Source: Candidatus Dormiibacterota bacterium
GTDB taxonomy: Bacteria > Chloroflexota > Dormibacteria > Aeolococcales > Aeolococcaceae
DNA: 64,000 bases
Reading direction: 5' to 3'
Assembly: GCA_963718525.1 (NCBI GenBank)
Contig: OY970355.1
Location: 1,280,001-1,344,000, forward strand
In this document: positions 1 to 9,549 of the stretch, one piece after another
Position numbering within the stretch: the stretch's first letter is position 1
Layout: the number at the start of each line of letters is the position of its first letter
The notes under the pieces: model-generated
What the model was told of the DNA's origin: nothing
The model's input: only the letters and a program-made list of their open reading frames with translations
The model's database searches: none
Translations under genes and position numbers: made by a program

Positions 1-114
1 CAGCGCGACCGTGTGTGCGAGGCCACCATATCGGTCGTACAAGGCTTCGATCCCCTCGGGCGAGTGGGCAGAGATCGAGCGGACGATGTCGTCGTCACTA
101 AGGTGCAATCTCAT
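1..114 (-). CDS. ECF (sigma-70 group 4) RNA polymerase sigma factor, N-terminal part, running off the window edge
   Basis: Not in the ORF track. The reverse strand from ATG at 114 (preceded by CGGAGC) reads MRLHLSDDDIVRSISAHSPEGIEALYDRYGGLAHTVAL, the typical 'sDeeLv...aleaLYdrY..la..vAlR' start of ECF region 1.2/2. Confidence 0.7.
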   Translation of the reverse strand, partial: MRLHLSDDDIVRSISAHSPEGIEALYDRYGGLAHTVAL

Positions 115-219
115 GCTCCGACTCGCGCTCGGGGGTTGGGCACCTCTTGGTACGAGCGCAGAGGGTGAGCGGATCACCCGCCGACGCGCCCGCTGGGTGC
201 GGGACCAAGCGGCGTGGTC

Positions 220-1611
220 CTATGAGACCTTGACGCGACTGCCGCGAACCCGCGCAGCGGTGGACTGCAGCAGCACCGGCTCGTCCGGCTGTTCGACGAC
301 GATGGCGGCAGGCGACGGTCTGAGGCTGGTGGCCGCAGGACCCTCGAAGACCACCTTGACGGCGCCGGCGGCAGTGCCCGCCTGGGCGATCGCAAGCGCC
401 GCCGTGTACTCATCCAGCGGGAAGCGATGGGTCACCACGCCGTCGACCGGGAAGCTCGAATCGCTCAACCACTCACGAATGGTGCCGAAGGTGCGCTTAC
501 CGTCCGGTTCGCGGCCGTACGAGGCGGCGCCGCGAACCGTGAGCTCTCTGGCCCAGATGAGCGACCACTCGATCTCGTGCCGTCCCGACCGCCCGCAGAG
601 CACCAGCGTGCCTCCTGCGCGGAGCAGTCGCACCGCGAGGTCGATGCTCAGCTCGGATGCGCGACAGTCGAACACCACGTCAACTCCACCGTCGAGGACC
701 GGGAGACCGCCACCGGCCGGTCGCATCAGGCGCGCTTCCATGTGCTCGGCGGTCTTCTGAAGCATCTGCTCGGACGACCCGTGCCAGACGCGATTGGCGC
801 CGATCGATCGGATCGCCATGAACGCTGCGTTGGGATCCCCGCTGAGCGGACCGCTCTCGCGATGGCGCCGTCCCATGCGAGGGCGGGTCGTGTTCCGAGC
901 GTCGTGGAGCACGATGATGTCGAGGTCGGGGTGCAGCCGCCGGAGCGTTGCCACGATCAGCCGGCTCAGCGCGCCCGATCCGATGACGACCGCGGTGTCG
1001 CCACGACGCGTCCATCGGAGGACCGCGTGAAGCGCTGTCGCCGTCGGCTCGGCGAGGACGCCACGCTGGTCGGAGATGCCGTCCGCGGGGACGAGCATGT
1101 CCTCGTGCACCAGGAAGCCCTCACTCCAGCCGCCACCCGCCTTCTCGCTCGAACCGACCGACCGGCCGGAGCACAGCGACCCGCCGCGATCGGCGTTCTC
1201 GCAGAGATGCGTATCGCCTGAACGGCAGCGGCGGCACTCGGCCAGGCCCTTGTGGGCGCACCGCAGGGTCGGTTCCACGAGGACGCGATCCCCTTCGCGG
1301 GCCCATCGCGTGGAGGAGGCGCGCTCAACGACCCCGACCACCTCGTGGCCGGGAATGAACGAGCCCGCCGCGGCGTAGGCGGTGAGGACGTTCGGCACCG
1401 GGTCGCGGTGCACGAGAGCGAGGTCGGTGCCGCAGATGCCCGCGAGCGCCGGACGGATCAGCACCCAGCCAGGACCCGGGGGAACCGGGGTCCGGACGTC
1501 GCGGACCTCGACCGGCAGCGACGAACCCTGTTGCACGCGACGCCGCCGGCCACGGCCCCGACGACCGGAACCGGTATCGATCAGGCTCAGATCGACGACT
1601 AGCGCCCGCAT
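220..1611 (-). CDS. Zinc-binding alcohol dehydrogenase (MDR superfamily)
   Basis: GICGTD and GHE catalytic Zn motifs, structural Zn C..C..C..C cluster (RCAHKGLAECRRCRSGDTHLC), VTHRFPL C-terminal motif. Start moved to ATG 1611 (MRALVVD). Confidence 0.85.
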   Translation of the reverse strand: MRALVVDLSLIDTGSGRRGRGRRRRVQQGSSLPVEVRDVRTPVPPGPGWVLIRPALAGICGTDLALVHRDPVPNVLTAYAAAGSFIPGHEVVGVVERASSTRWAREGDRVLVEPTLRCAHKGLAECRRCRSGDTHLCENADRGGSLCSGRSVGSSEKAGGGWSEGFLVHEDMLVPADGISDQRGVLAEPTATALHAVLRWTRRGDTAVVIGSGALSRLIVATLRRLHPDLDIIVLHDARNTTRPRMGRRHRESGPLSGDPNAAFMAIRSIGANRVWHGSSEQMLQKTAEHMEARLMRPAGGGLPVLDGGVDVVFDCRASELSIDLAVRLLRAGGTLVLCGRSGRHEIEWSLIWARELTVRGAASYGREPDGKRTFGTIREWLSDSSFPVDGVVTHRFPLDEYTAALAIAQAGTAAGAVKVVFEGPAATSLRPSPAAIVVEQPDEPVLLQSTAARVRGSRVKVS

Positions 1612-1728
1612 CGGGCGTGCCAAAGGGCGGAATGGCCGCAAAGAAGCGCGGCAGTGAACTCTCTCATCGCCTCAAGTTGTGAGGATACCGTTTGATCAGG
1701 CTTGCGGTGCAGCATTGACAATGGTCGG

Positions 1729-2859
1729 ATGACGGACCAGCCGCCGCCCCCGAGCCCACCCCCCGCAGAACTGGGCGCCTCGCAACCCGGTTGGGGGTCG
1801 CCGCCGGGAGGTTGGGGCTCTCCGCCGCCCGGCTGGGGCGGGCCGCCCCCGGGCTGGGGCGCCCAACCGCCGGCCTGGGGATCTCAGTCGCCTGGATGGG
1901 GACCGCCACAGCCGGGCTGGAACCCGGGGCTGATCCCGTCGCAGGTGGGATCGGGACGGTTCCGGTCGATGTCGGTGGGCGAATGGCTCGACGCCACCTT
2001 CACGATGTATCGGCGCAACTTCGCGCTGATCGCCTCGATCAGCGCGGTGGTGCAGATCCCCTACGCGCTGCTCACCTGGCTGCTGTTCGGACTCACTGGA
2101 ATCTCGGCGTTCGTACGCTCGCCGTTCGCTTCGATCAACGCGCAGACCATCACCCCGGCGCAGACCCAGCACCTCCTCAACTCGTACGTCGGGCTGCTCG
2201 CTGTCACCCTCGGCTTGCTCCTGGTCAGCCTCCTGGTGATCGTGCCTCTGGGCGAGGCCGCGACGACGAGAGCGGTGAGCGACCGGTACCTGGATCGCAA
2301 GAGTTCGCTGCTCTCCGCATATCGCGCAGCCTGGAGCCGCCTTGGTGCGCTGATCACCATGATCCTCATTCTCATCGGTGCCTACCTGGGTTCGATCGCC
2401 GTGGTGGTGGCGCTCGTGCTGCTCCTCGGCGCGGTCGGCGCCGGCGGTCTCGGGGGGTTGATCGCACTCGTCGGGTTCATCGCGCTCATACCGGTGCTGG
2501 TCATCGTCTACGTGCGAACGGTTGTCGCCGTCCCCGCGATCGTGCTCGAGCACGCGTCCGGCTGGCACGGCCTGCAGCGCAGCTGGCGATTGGTCAGCGG
2601 TCGCTTCTGGCCGACGTTCGGACGGATGCTCCTGCTTGCGCTGATCGCATCGATCATCTCCTCGGTCGTCGCAGCGATCTTCGAGGTTCCAGGTTCAATC
2701 CTCGACCCCGGCAACGCGTTCGTCTTCGACCAGGTGGCGAGCGCGATCGCGGCTGTGTTCGTCGGCCCGATCACGTATATCGGCGTGACCCTCCTGTACT
2801 ACGACCTCCGCATCCGCAAGGAAGGGTTCGACATCGAGATGCTCGCGCAGTCGCTGTGA
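1729..2859 (+). CDS. Integral membrane protein with Pro/Gly/Trp-rich N-terminus (GDPD-membrane-domain-like family typical of MoxR clusters)
   Basis: MSVGEWLDATFTMYRRNF start of the membrane domain, LQRSWRLVSGRFWPTFG and LLYYDLRIRKEGFDIE signature motifs, several TM helices. Confidence 0.8.
   Translation: MTDQPPPPSPPPAELGASQPGWGSPPGGWGSPPPGWGGPPPGWGAQPPAWGSQSPGWGPPQPGWNPGLIPSQVGSGRFRSMSVGEWLDATFTMYRRNFALIASISAVVQIPYALLTWLLFGLTGISAFVRSPFASINAQTITPAQTQHLLNSYVGLLAVTLGLLLVSLLVIVPLGEAATTRAVSDRYLDRKSSLLSAYRAAWSRLGALITMILILIGAYLGSIAVVVALVLLLGAVGAGGLGGLIALVGFIALIPVLVIVYVRTVVAVPAIVLEHASGWHGLQRSWRLVSGRFWPTFGRMLLLALIASIISSVVAAIFEVPGSILDPGNAFVFDQVASAIAAVFVGPITYIGVTLLYYDLRIRKEGFDIEMLAQSL
1786..1926 (+). 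repeat. Coding tandem repeat: about 7 copies of a 21-bp/7-aa unit (PGWGxPP)
   Basis: Translation PGWGSPP-GGWGSPP-PGWGGPP-PGWGAQP-PAWGSQS-PGWGPPQ-PGWNP. Confidence 0.9.
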
Positions 2860-3797
2860 GGCGCGCGCTCGCTGCGGTCGCCATCTGCGCGGCGCTGGTG
2901 ACGACAGCGGTCGGCGTAGCGGTGCCGGCGGTGGCGGCAGGGCCGTGCGTGACCCTCGAGTTCATCGGGCTGCTCGGGCGTGCGGACAACGCGCTGACCG
3001 CTGCTCCCGCGCAGGCGCCCCCAGCGCTGACAGCGGTGATCCAGGCTGAGGATCTCGCGCCGTCGTCAAGCTCGGAGCTCGCCCCGGTCATCGCCGAGCT
3101 CACGGCGTCGCCACCAGACGTCATCGGCGCCAGGCAGCGAGTCGATCTCATGGTCGGGACCCTCGCGTTGCCGGCTGGGTCAGCGTGCAACGTCGACTCC
3201 CAGGTGGCCCAGAACCTGCTGCACCAGGTGTACGCCTCGTCTGTTTTCGCCGATCTCGACCAGAACCAGCCGCCGTCGATCTTTGAGCGCATCGGTGCGG
3301 CGATCAACTGGATCCTCTCGCATCTCTTCGGGCTGCTCGGACAGGGAGGTTCGATCCTCGTCGGGTTGCTCGTTCTCGCCGCCATCGTTGCGTTCGTCAT
3401 CTACCGGCTGCGCGGCGTCATCGGTGGCCGGCGCGCTGCCTTGACGGAGGAACCCGCCACCGCCGGCGACGACCCGGAGCGCGAGTGGCAGCTCGAACTC
3501 GCGGCGGCGCAGCGCGGCGACTATCGCGAGGCGATTCGACGCGTGTTCCGCTCCGCGCTGCTCGATGTCGGCGATCGTCGCGCCCATCTCGATCGCGCCT
3601 GGACCACGCGCGAGATGCTCGCCACCCTCTCGGCTGATGCGGACCTGCTCGCGGCGGTCGCGCCCGCTGCCGCGTCGTTCGACAAGGCCTGGTATGGCGG
3701 GGCCACAGTCGGTTCCCCGGACTGGGAGATCGCTCGGGTCAGGTGCGAGGCGGTGCGGCGCGTTGCGCGGCACGCCGCGGGGAAGCAGAACGGATGA
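2856..3797 (+). CDS. DUF4129-type membrane protein with N-terminal signal peptide
   Basis: The GTG start overlaps the upstream TGA (GTGA). Signal-like N-terminus, one TM segment, then AAQRGDYREAIRRVF...WTTREML...FDKAWYGG, which matches DUF4129. Confidence 0.75.
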   Translation: MRRALAAVAICAALVTTAVGVAVPAVAAGPCVTLEFIGLLGRADNALTAAPAQAPPALTAVIQAEDLAPSSSSELAPVIAELTASPPDVIGARQRVDLMVGTLALPAGSACNVDSQVAQNLLHQVYASSVFADLDQNQPPSIFERIGAAINWILSHLFGLLGQGGSILVGLLVLAAIVAFVIYRLRGVIGGRRAALTEEPATAGDDPEREWQLELAAAQRGDYREAIRRVFRSALLDVGDRRAHLDRAWTTREMLATLSADADLLAAVAPAAASFDKAWYGGATVGSPDWEIARVRCEAVRRVARHAAGKQNG

Positions 3798-4945
3798 GCA
3801 GACCGCCGCTCTCAGCCATGCTCACGCTGATCGCTGCGCTGGCGATTCTTGCGGTCGTCGCCATCAGCACCGCCATCCCTCCCAACGACCAGCTCAACCC
3901 GTCATCGCGATCGGCGGGAAGCCTGGGGACTCTCGCGCTGTACACGTGGTTCTCGGACCTCGGGCTCGACGTGGGAAGGATCAGCACCACCTTTGATGTC
4001 AGCGGCAGCGACGTGGTGCTCTGCTACGACCCGACGGTCGCGCTCACCAACACCGACGTCGCATCGCTGATGACGTTCCTGCAGTCCGGTGGCGATCTCG
4101 TACTCGTGGTCACACCCGACAGCCTGGCCGCCGCGGCGCCCTTGCTCAACAAGCTCGAGGTCAACCCGTCCGCGTCGATCGGAGCCGGCACTGCGATGGT
4201 CGCGCTCCCGTTCGACAGCACCGATCGCGTCCACGCGGTGCCGGTCGGGAACGGATTGACGCTCGCCGACCAGGCGCCGCTGGTTCCGATGCTGGTGGAG
4301 CGGAACGGGGTTGTCGCCGGGATGGTGCGAGTCGGCGCCGGTCGCGCTTACGTCCTCGGCGACACCGAGCCGCTCTCCAACGACGGGCTGCGTCACGGCA
4401 ACTCCTCATTTCTCGCGCTCAGCCTGCTGCAACGCGCTCGCGGTGGCCGGATCAGCTTTGACGAGTATCACCATGGCGAGGGCGCCCAGACCAACGGCGC
4501 CGGCGCGATCTTCGACGGCCCGGTCGGACTGGCCGCGCTGTTGATCGCCGGGGTCGTGTTGCTGGCCATCGCGTTGAACGGTCGCCGCCTCGGGAAGCCT
4601 GTCCAGGATCGCGGCGAAGCTGCTGTGCCGAGCGCGACGGCGTACGTCACCGCGATGGGACAGCTCTTCGCTCGCAGCCGTCAACGCGGACCGATCGCGG
4701 CGCGCTATGCGGATGAGCTGAAGCGACGGATCGGCGCCGCCACCGGCGTGGACTCGCACCTCGACGACGACGCCTTCACTGCCGCCATCTCCGTGACCAA
4801 CGCACAGTCGGCGCCGGCGCTGGCTTCACTGCTGGCCCATGCTCGCAGGCTGGCATCGGGGCGACCCGAGGAGAGCGAGTTGCTGCGACTCGCCCGCGAT
4901 GTCGACGCCTGCGAACGCCAGTGGAGCGGTGCTCCAGTTGGCTGA
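3794..4945 (+). CDS. DUF4350-type membrane-anchored protein
   Basis: ATGA overlap; SSRSAGSLGTLALYTW, FLQSGGDLV, LSNDGL, ISFDEYHHG, RRLGKP and YVTAMGQLF motifs; position directly before moxR. Confidence 0.75.
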   Translation: MSRPPLSAMLTLIAALAILAVVAISTAIPPNDQLNPSSRSAGSLGTLALYTWFSDLGLDVGRISTTFDVSGSDVVLCYDPTVALTNTDVASLMTFLQSGGDLVLVVTPDSLAAAAPLLNKLEVNPSASIGAGTAMVALPFDSTDRVHAVPVGNGLTLADQAPLVPMLVERNGVVAGMVRVGAGRAYVLGDTEPLSNDGLRHGNSSFLALSLLQRARGGRISFDEYHHGEGAQTNGAGAIFDGPVGLAALLIAGVVLLAIALNGRRLGKPVQDRGEAAVPSATAYVTAMGQLFARSRQRGPIAARYADELKRRIGAATGVDSHLDDDAFTAAISVTNAQSAPALASLLAHARRLASGRPEESELLRLARDVDACERQWSGAPVG

Positions 4946-4967
4946 TCACGAGCGCGGGCAGGGCACA

Positions 4968-5936
4968 ATGCCTCCCGTGGCAACTCAGACCGACGCCGCC
5001 GTTCTGCGCGCGGCCCTGCACGAGACCATGGGTCGTGCCGTCGTCGGTCAGATCCAGGTCATCGACGGGCTGTACATCGCGGTCCTCTGTGGCGGGCACG
5101 TTCTCCTGGAAGGAGTGCCCGGAACCGCCAAGACGCTCATGGCTCGAACCCTGGCTGCAGCCCTGGACGCCCGATTCACGCGCATCCAGTTCACCCCCGA
5201 CCTGCTCCCTTCCGACATCGTCGGGACCAGCGTCTACCGACCAGGCTCTGGCACCTTCGAGTTCCGCGAGGGGCCGATCTTCACCGACACCCTGCTCGCG
5301 GACGAGATCAACCGCGCGCCGGCGAAGACTCAGTCGGCATTGCTTGAGGCGATGGAGGAGCGCCAGGTCACGTCCGACGGGGAGAGTCGCGCGCTCGGCG
5401 ATCGCTTTCTCGTGGTGGCCACCCAGAACCCCGTGGAGTACGAGGGCACGTATCCGCTCCCCGAAGCGCAGCTCGACAGATTCTTCTTCAAGCTCGAGGT
5501 GGGCGTTCCCGAACCGGCGACCGAGATCGTGATGCTTCGGCGCGTCGACAGTGGTTTCAACGCCCACGACCTCGTCGCCGCCGGGGTGACCTCGATCATC
5601 GACGGCGGTACGCTCGCGAGAGTTCGCGCGGACGTCGCCGCGGTGCGGGTGTCCGATGAGGTGCTCGGCTACATCTCGGCAATCGTCACGGCCACTCGCA
5701 CGAGTCCGGATCTCTCGCTTGGAGCCAGTCCGCGAGGATCGATCGCGCTGCTCCAGGCGGGCAAGGCGATGGCTGCCATCCAGGGACGCGATTACGTCGT
5801 TCCCGACGACATCAAGGACGTCTGCATCCCCGCGCTCCGGCACCGGATGATTCGCCGCCCCGAGGCGGAGATCCAGGGCGTGTCCGAGGTTGCGGCAGTG
5901 CAGCGAGCCGTGGGAAGGGTCCCGGTCCCCAGGTGA
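4968..5936 (+). CDS. moxR: MoxR family AAA+ ATPase
   Basis: HVLLEGVPGTAKT Walker A, RIQFTPDLLPSD, LADEINRAPAKTQSALLEAMEE, ATQNPVEYEGTYPLPEAQLDRF, SPRGS. The start may instead be GTG 4977. Confidence 0.95.
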   Translation: MPPVATQTDAAVLRAALHETMGRAVVGQIQVIDGLYIAVLCGGHVLLEGVPGTAKTLMARTLAAALDARFTRIQFTPDLLPSDIVGTSVYRPGSGTFEFREGPIFTDTLLADEINRAPAKTQSALLEAMEERQVTSDGESRALGDRFLVVATQNPVEYEGTYPLPEAQLDRFFFKLEVGVPEPATEIVMLRRVDSGFNAHDLVAAGVTSIIDGGTLARVRADVAAVRVSDEVLGYISAIVTATRTSPDLSLGASPRGSIALLQAGKAMAAIQGRDYVVPDDIKDVCIPALRHRMIRRPEAEIQGVSEVAAVQRAVGRVPVPR

Positions 5937-5946
5937 CCGCGGCGCG

Positions 5947-7236
5947 ATGACGTGGCGTGGCGCCGGTCTCCTCCTGGCGCCGGTCGCGATCATGGCCGCC
6001 GGTGCGGCCGTGCCCGGTCTGTTCATCGCGGGGCTTGTGCTGCTCGCGGCAAGCGTGATCGCCATCGTGGTCGATTCGCGCCGCGCGGCGGGGAAGTCAG
6101 CACTTCGGCTCGACCGCGTGTGCAATGACCTGCTTTCCGTCGGAGTCGCCAACCGCGTGGCGCTCGAGGTCACGGCCCGCTCGGCCGGGGCGGTCGCGAT
6201 CGTTCACGAGCGCGTCCATCCCAGCCTGCATCCGTCGCGCAGCCGATGGAACGTCCGGCTTCCTGCCAGCCTCGAGTACACCGTCACCCCGGTGGCCCGG
6301 GGCGATGTCGTGCTGGGGCCTGCGGTTGTTCGCGTCACCGGCCCGTGGGGAATCGGCTGGCGGCAGACCACCGTCGAGGCGGTTCGCCCGGTGCGAGTGG
6401 ATCCGAACCTGGCGGCCATCGACGTGTACGAGGCGCTGGCGCGCCGCGGTCAGCTCGCCGAGCTGGGGCTTCGCACCATGCGATTGCGCACCGAAGGTAG
6501 CGAATTCGAAAGGGTGCGCGAGGCCTTCCCCGACGATCCGCTTCGCTCCATCAACTGGCGAGCCACGGCGCGGACCGGGCGTCTGATGGCCACCGAGCTG
6601 ATCCCCGAGCGAGCCCAACCGCTGGTGATCTGCCTCGACCACGGCCGGCTGATGGGCATCGGTGCAGGCGAGCTCACCAAGCTGGACCACGCCATCAACG
6701 CTGCCCTCCTCCTCGTCCACGTCGCGCTCCGCAGTGGCGACCGTGCAGGCATGCTCTCGTTCTCCGACACGGTGACCGGGACGCTCCCGCCGCGCGCCGG
6801 CACCGCTCAGCTGCGGCGCTTTCTCGACGCCACACGCCCGATCAAGCCCGGCGAGACCGAGGCCGACTACGACGACGCGCTGGGATATTTCAGCAGGTGG
6901 CAGACGCGGCGATCGCTCGTGGTCATCTTCACCGACGTGCTCGATCCCGACCAGGGGAAAGCGTTGATCCGCCAGTGCGTGCGCCTGCGCAGGCGCCATC
7001 TCCCGTTGGTGGTCACGGTCCGCGACCCAGCGCTCGACCACGCGGCGAATGCCGTGCCGCGCACCGGTGACGACGCGTACGCCCGCGCCGTGGCAGGCGG
7101 ACTCATCGCGGATCGCGACGACACTCTGCGCCTGCTGCGCAGCTCGGGCGTCGAGACCATCGACGCTGACGCGCGAACGCTGTCACCCCGGCTCGTGAAT
7201 CGCTATCTCGACCTCAAACGGCGAGCGCGCCTGTGA
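5947..7236 (+). CDS. DUF58 / VWA-like MoxR partner protein
   Basis: GSEFERVREAFPDDPLRSINWRATAR, CLDHGRLM, KLDHAINAALLL, GDRAG, LVVIFTD, LVNRYLDLK. Confidence 0.9.
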   Translation: MTWRGAGLLLAPVAIMAAGAAVPGLFIAGLVLLAASVIAIVVDSRRAAGKSALRLDRVCNDLLSVGVANRVALEVTARSAGAVAIVHERVHPSLHPSRSRWNVRLPASLEYTVTPVARGDVVLGPAVVRVTGPWGIGWRQTTVEAVRPVRVDPNLAAIDVYEALARRGQLAELGLRTMRLRTEGSEFERVREAFPDDPLRSINWRATARTGRLMATELIPERAQPLVICLDHGRLMGIGAGELTKLDHAINAALLLVHVALRSGDRAGMLSFSDTVTGTLPPRAGTAQLRRFLDATRPIKPGETEADYDDALGYFSRWQTRRSLVVIFTDVLDPDQGKALIRQCVRLRRRHLPLVVTVRDPALDHAANAVPRTGDDAYARAVAGGLIADRDDTLRLLRSSGVETIDADARTLSPRLVNRYLDLKRRARL

Positions 7237-7261
7237 CTCAGGCGGCGCTCGCCGGAGCGGC

Positions 7262-7918
7262 TCAGCGGCTCGTGCCTGCGAAGTTCCGCCGTGTGGCCGG
7301 GTCGAGCAGCATTGCGTACAGGACGATGACCTTGCCGGCGAGGAAAACAATAAGACCAACGGTCCAGAAGCCCGCGCCATGAGTCAAACCGTCAATGACA
7401 TAGAGAAGGCTCAAGATGTCGAGCACGATGATCAGCCAGCGGGCAACGTTGGACGGACGCCCGACGATGATTCCGAGGAAGAGGTCGATCACACCCGTGA
7501 TGATGAAATACACAGCAACAGCAAATAGAAATGCAGCAAGCACGTTGAGTACACCGTTTCCGATTTGACCCAGTGCCTGGTCGTATCCAGGAAGCGATGC
7601 GATGCGGGCGCGTCCGCCAACCAGGAACAGGACACCGAGCGCAGCGAAGCCGACGCCGATGAGAATTCGCGCGATTGCAAACACGATCATGATGATTTGG
7701 GCGATCGTCAGCCAGAAGGTTCGCTTGTGCACCTTGACCACGACCGGCTGCGGCATCGCTTGCGAGACGTACGGCTGAGCCGGCATCTGGCCTGCGTACG
7801 CGCCGCCGGGAGAATACGGTCCCTGCGGTGGCCCGGCGGCCGGGGGTCCAGCCGGCGGTCCGACGCCCGGCGGCTGTGGGGGTAGATTCCCTGGTGGCTG
7901 AGGCGGCAGTGCTGCCAC
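7262..7918 (-). CDS. Hypothetical 4-TM membrane protein with Pro-rich N-terminus
   Basis: AGGAGG RBS 7-8 nt before GTG 7918; PPQPPG N-terminus followed by four hydrophobic helices. Confidence 0.7.
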   Translation of the reverse strand: MAALPPQPPGNLPPQPPGVGPPAGPPAAGPPQGPYSPGGAYAGQMPAQPYVSQAMPQPVVVKVHKRTFWLTIAQIIMIVFAIARILIGVGFAALGVLFLVGGRARIASLPGYDQALGQIGNGVLNVLAAFLFAVAVYFIITGVIDLFLGIIVGRPSNVARWLIIVLDILSLLYVIDGLTHGAGFWTVGLIVFLAGKVIVLYAMLLDPATRRNFAGTSR

Positions 7919-7971
7919 GGTTGGTCTCCTCCTCGTGATGCCCTCCCGTCCGGGGAGACGGTGGCCGGATT

Positions 7972-8604
7972 CTAGACTTTGCGGACCACGAATGTGCTCG
8001 CTATCTTGTCGTGCCAGCCCTGCTTCCGAGGGTCGAAGGCGACCCAGATGAGACCGATGTACAGCGGCACGGCGCTGATGATGTAACCGACAAACCGGCC
8101 GATGGCACGGCCGACGCCGATGTTCCGGCCGGTGGCCGCGTCGACGACATGCAGACCGAGCATTCGCTGACCGAGCGTCCCGCCGAATTGAGACCAGAGA
8201 ATCACGAAGTAGAGGAGCTCGACCCCCAATGAGATCAATTCGAAGTACGTGATGGAGGAGCTGGGGAAGAGGCCCTGGCACGTGATGGCGAGCGACCCGG
8301 ACGCGGTGGCGCTGTTCACGCAGTTGACGTAGGTGCTTATCGCCGAGCTTTCAAGAACAAAGAACAGGATCGCGATCGGCACGACGACGATGATCGAGTC
8401 GATGATCGTGGCGACGAAGCGGATCCAGAAACCCGCGTACCCGATACCAGGCGCGGGGCCAGGATGCAGGTTTGGGTAGTAGGGCGTCGCCGGGTACATC
8501 GGGGCCGCTGCCGGGTACATTGGAGGCGGCGCCGGGGGAGCTTGCCCCCCATCCCATTGACCGGGCGCTTGAGGCGGCGGGAGCGGCGGCCCTCCTGCGG
8601 TCAT
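7972..8604 (-). CDS. RDD family protein
   Basis: YAGFWIRFVATIIDSII, GGTLGQRMLGLHVVD, RKQGWHDKIASTFVV; Pro-rich N-terminus. Confidence 0.9.
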   Translation of the reverse strand: MTAGGPPLPPPQAPGQWDGGQAPPAPPPMYPAAAPMYPATPYYPNLHPGPAPGIGYAGFWIRFVATIIDSIIVVVPIAILFFVLESSAISTYVNCVNSATASGSLAITCQGLFPSSSITYFELISLGVELLYFVILWSQFGGTLGQRMLGLHVVDAATGRNIGVGRAIGRFVGYIISAVPLYIGLIWVAFDPRKQGWHDKIASTFVVRKV

Positions 8605-8660
8605 CGCCCGGACACTAGCAGTCTTCCGTGGTTTGTGACCCTTGCAGCCAAAACGTCACC

Positions 8661-9539
8661 TCACGCGGTTTCGGGCATCGCCTCCATCGCGGCGATGACG
8701 GCGCGCGTGATCTGCGTCGGCGTCGACGCACCCGACGTGACTCCAACTCGTCGAACGCCTCGGAACCACGCCGGGTCGAGGTCGGCGGCCGTGTCGACGA
8801 GATATGCGGGCCGGTGACCCTTCTCCCGGACCACCTGCACGAGTCGCTGACTGTTGCTGCTGCGTTCGCTGCCGACGACCACCACGCAATCAACGTCATC
8901 CGCGGCGAGCACCGCGGCCTCCTGCCGTTCCTGCGTTGCGCGGCATATCTCGTTGTGGACCTCGATGGTGGGAAACCGCTCGACGAGACGCTCGATGATC
9001 GCCTGGGTATCCCACATGCTCAGGGTGGTCTGGCATGTGACCGCCAGGGGCCTTGCGTCGGGCAGATCGAGGGTATCGACCTCCGCGATGCTCTCGATCA
9101 GCGTGGTGTGCTCCGGTGCGATGCCGAGCACACCGGAGGGCTCGGGATGACCGCGTTTGCCGATGTAGATCACGTGATGCCCGCTGGCCACGAGCTCCCG
9201 CACGAGATCGTGTGTCCGGGTGACGTCGCTGCAGGTGGCATCGACGAGGTTGAGCCCACGCGCACGCGCAGCCTCGACGACCGCCGGCGAGATCCCGTGC
9301 GCGGTGAAGATGACAGTCCCTTCGGTGACCTGCTCGAGCGCCTTCATGCGGTCGGGTTCGGCAACGAGCGCGACGCCGGATTCCTCGAGCTCGCGGGTCA
9401 CGTGCTCGTTGTGCACGAGATAGCCGAGCATGGTCACGGGTTCGCTGCCCGCGCGAGCTGCGCCTTCACGTTTTGCGATCCGTATCGCTTCGACAACGCC
9501 GTGACAATAGCCACGCGGGGTGATCCGGACGACGTCCAT
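8661..9539 (-). CDS. ispH: 4-hydroxy-3-methylbut-2-enyl diphosphate reductase
   Basis: PRGYCHGV, LVHNEHV, FTAHG, DATCSDV, GHPE, QTTLS, EICRATQERQ, SSNSQRL, GVTSGASTP; all three Fe-S cysteines are present. Confidence 0.95.
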   Translation of the reverse strand: MDVVRITPRGYCHGVVEAIRIAKREGAARAGSEPVTMLGYLVHNEHVTRELEESGVALVAEPDRMKALEQVTEGTVIFTAHGISPAVVEAARARGLNLVDATCSDVTRTHDLVRELVASGHHVIYIGKRGHPEPSGVLGIAPEHTTLIESIAEVDTLDLPDARPLAVTCQTTLSMWDTQAIIERLVERFPTIEVHNEICRATQERQEAAVLAADDVDCVVVVGSERSSNSQRLVQVVREKGHRPAYLVDTAADLDPAWFRGVRRVGVTSGASTPTQITRAVIAAMEAMPETA

Positions 9540-9549
9540 CGACTCCAGT

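Noticed and set aside
1786-1926. Regular short repeats as a possible CRISPR array
   Set aside because: In-frame coding repeats with no unique spacers, and no cas genes in the window.
1791-3797. 668-aa ORF suggesting one large protein
   Set aside because: The first 355 codons are an off-frame shadow of the 1729..2859 gene. The real DUF4129 gene starts at the GTGA overlap at 2856.
7262-8281. 339-aa ORF overlapping the RDD gene
   Set aside because: The upstream part is an alternative frame of RDD. An AGGAGG RBS supports a start at 7918.
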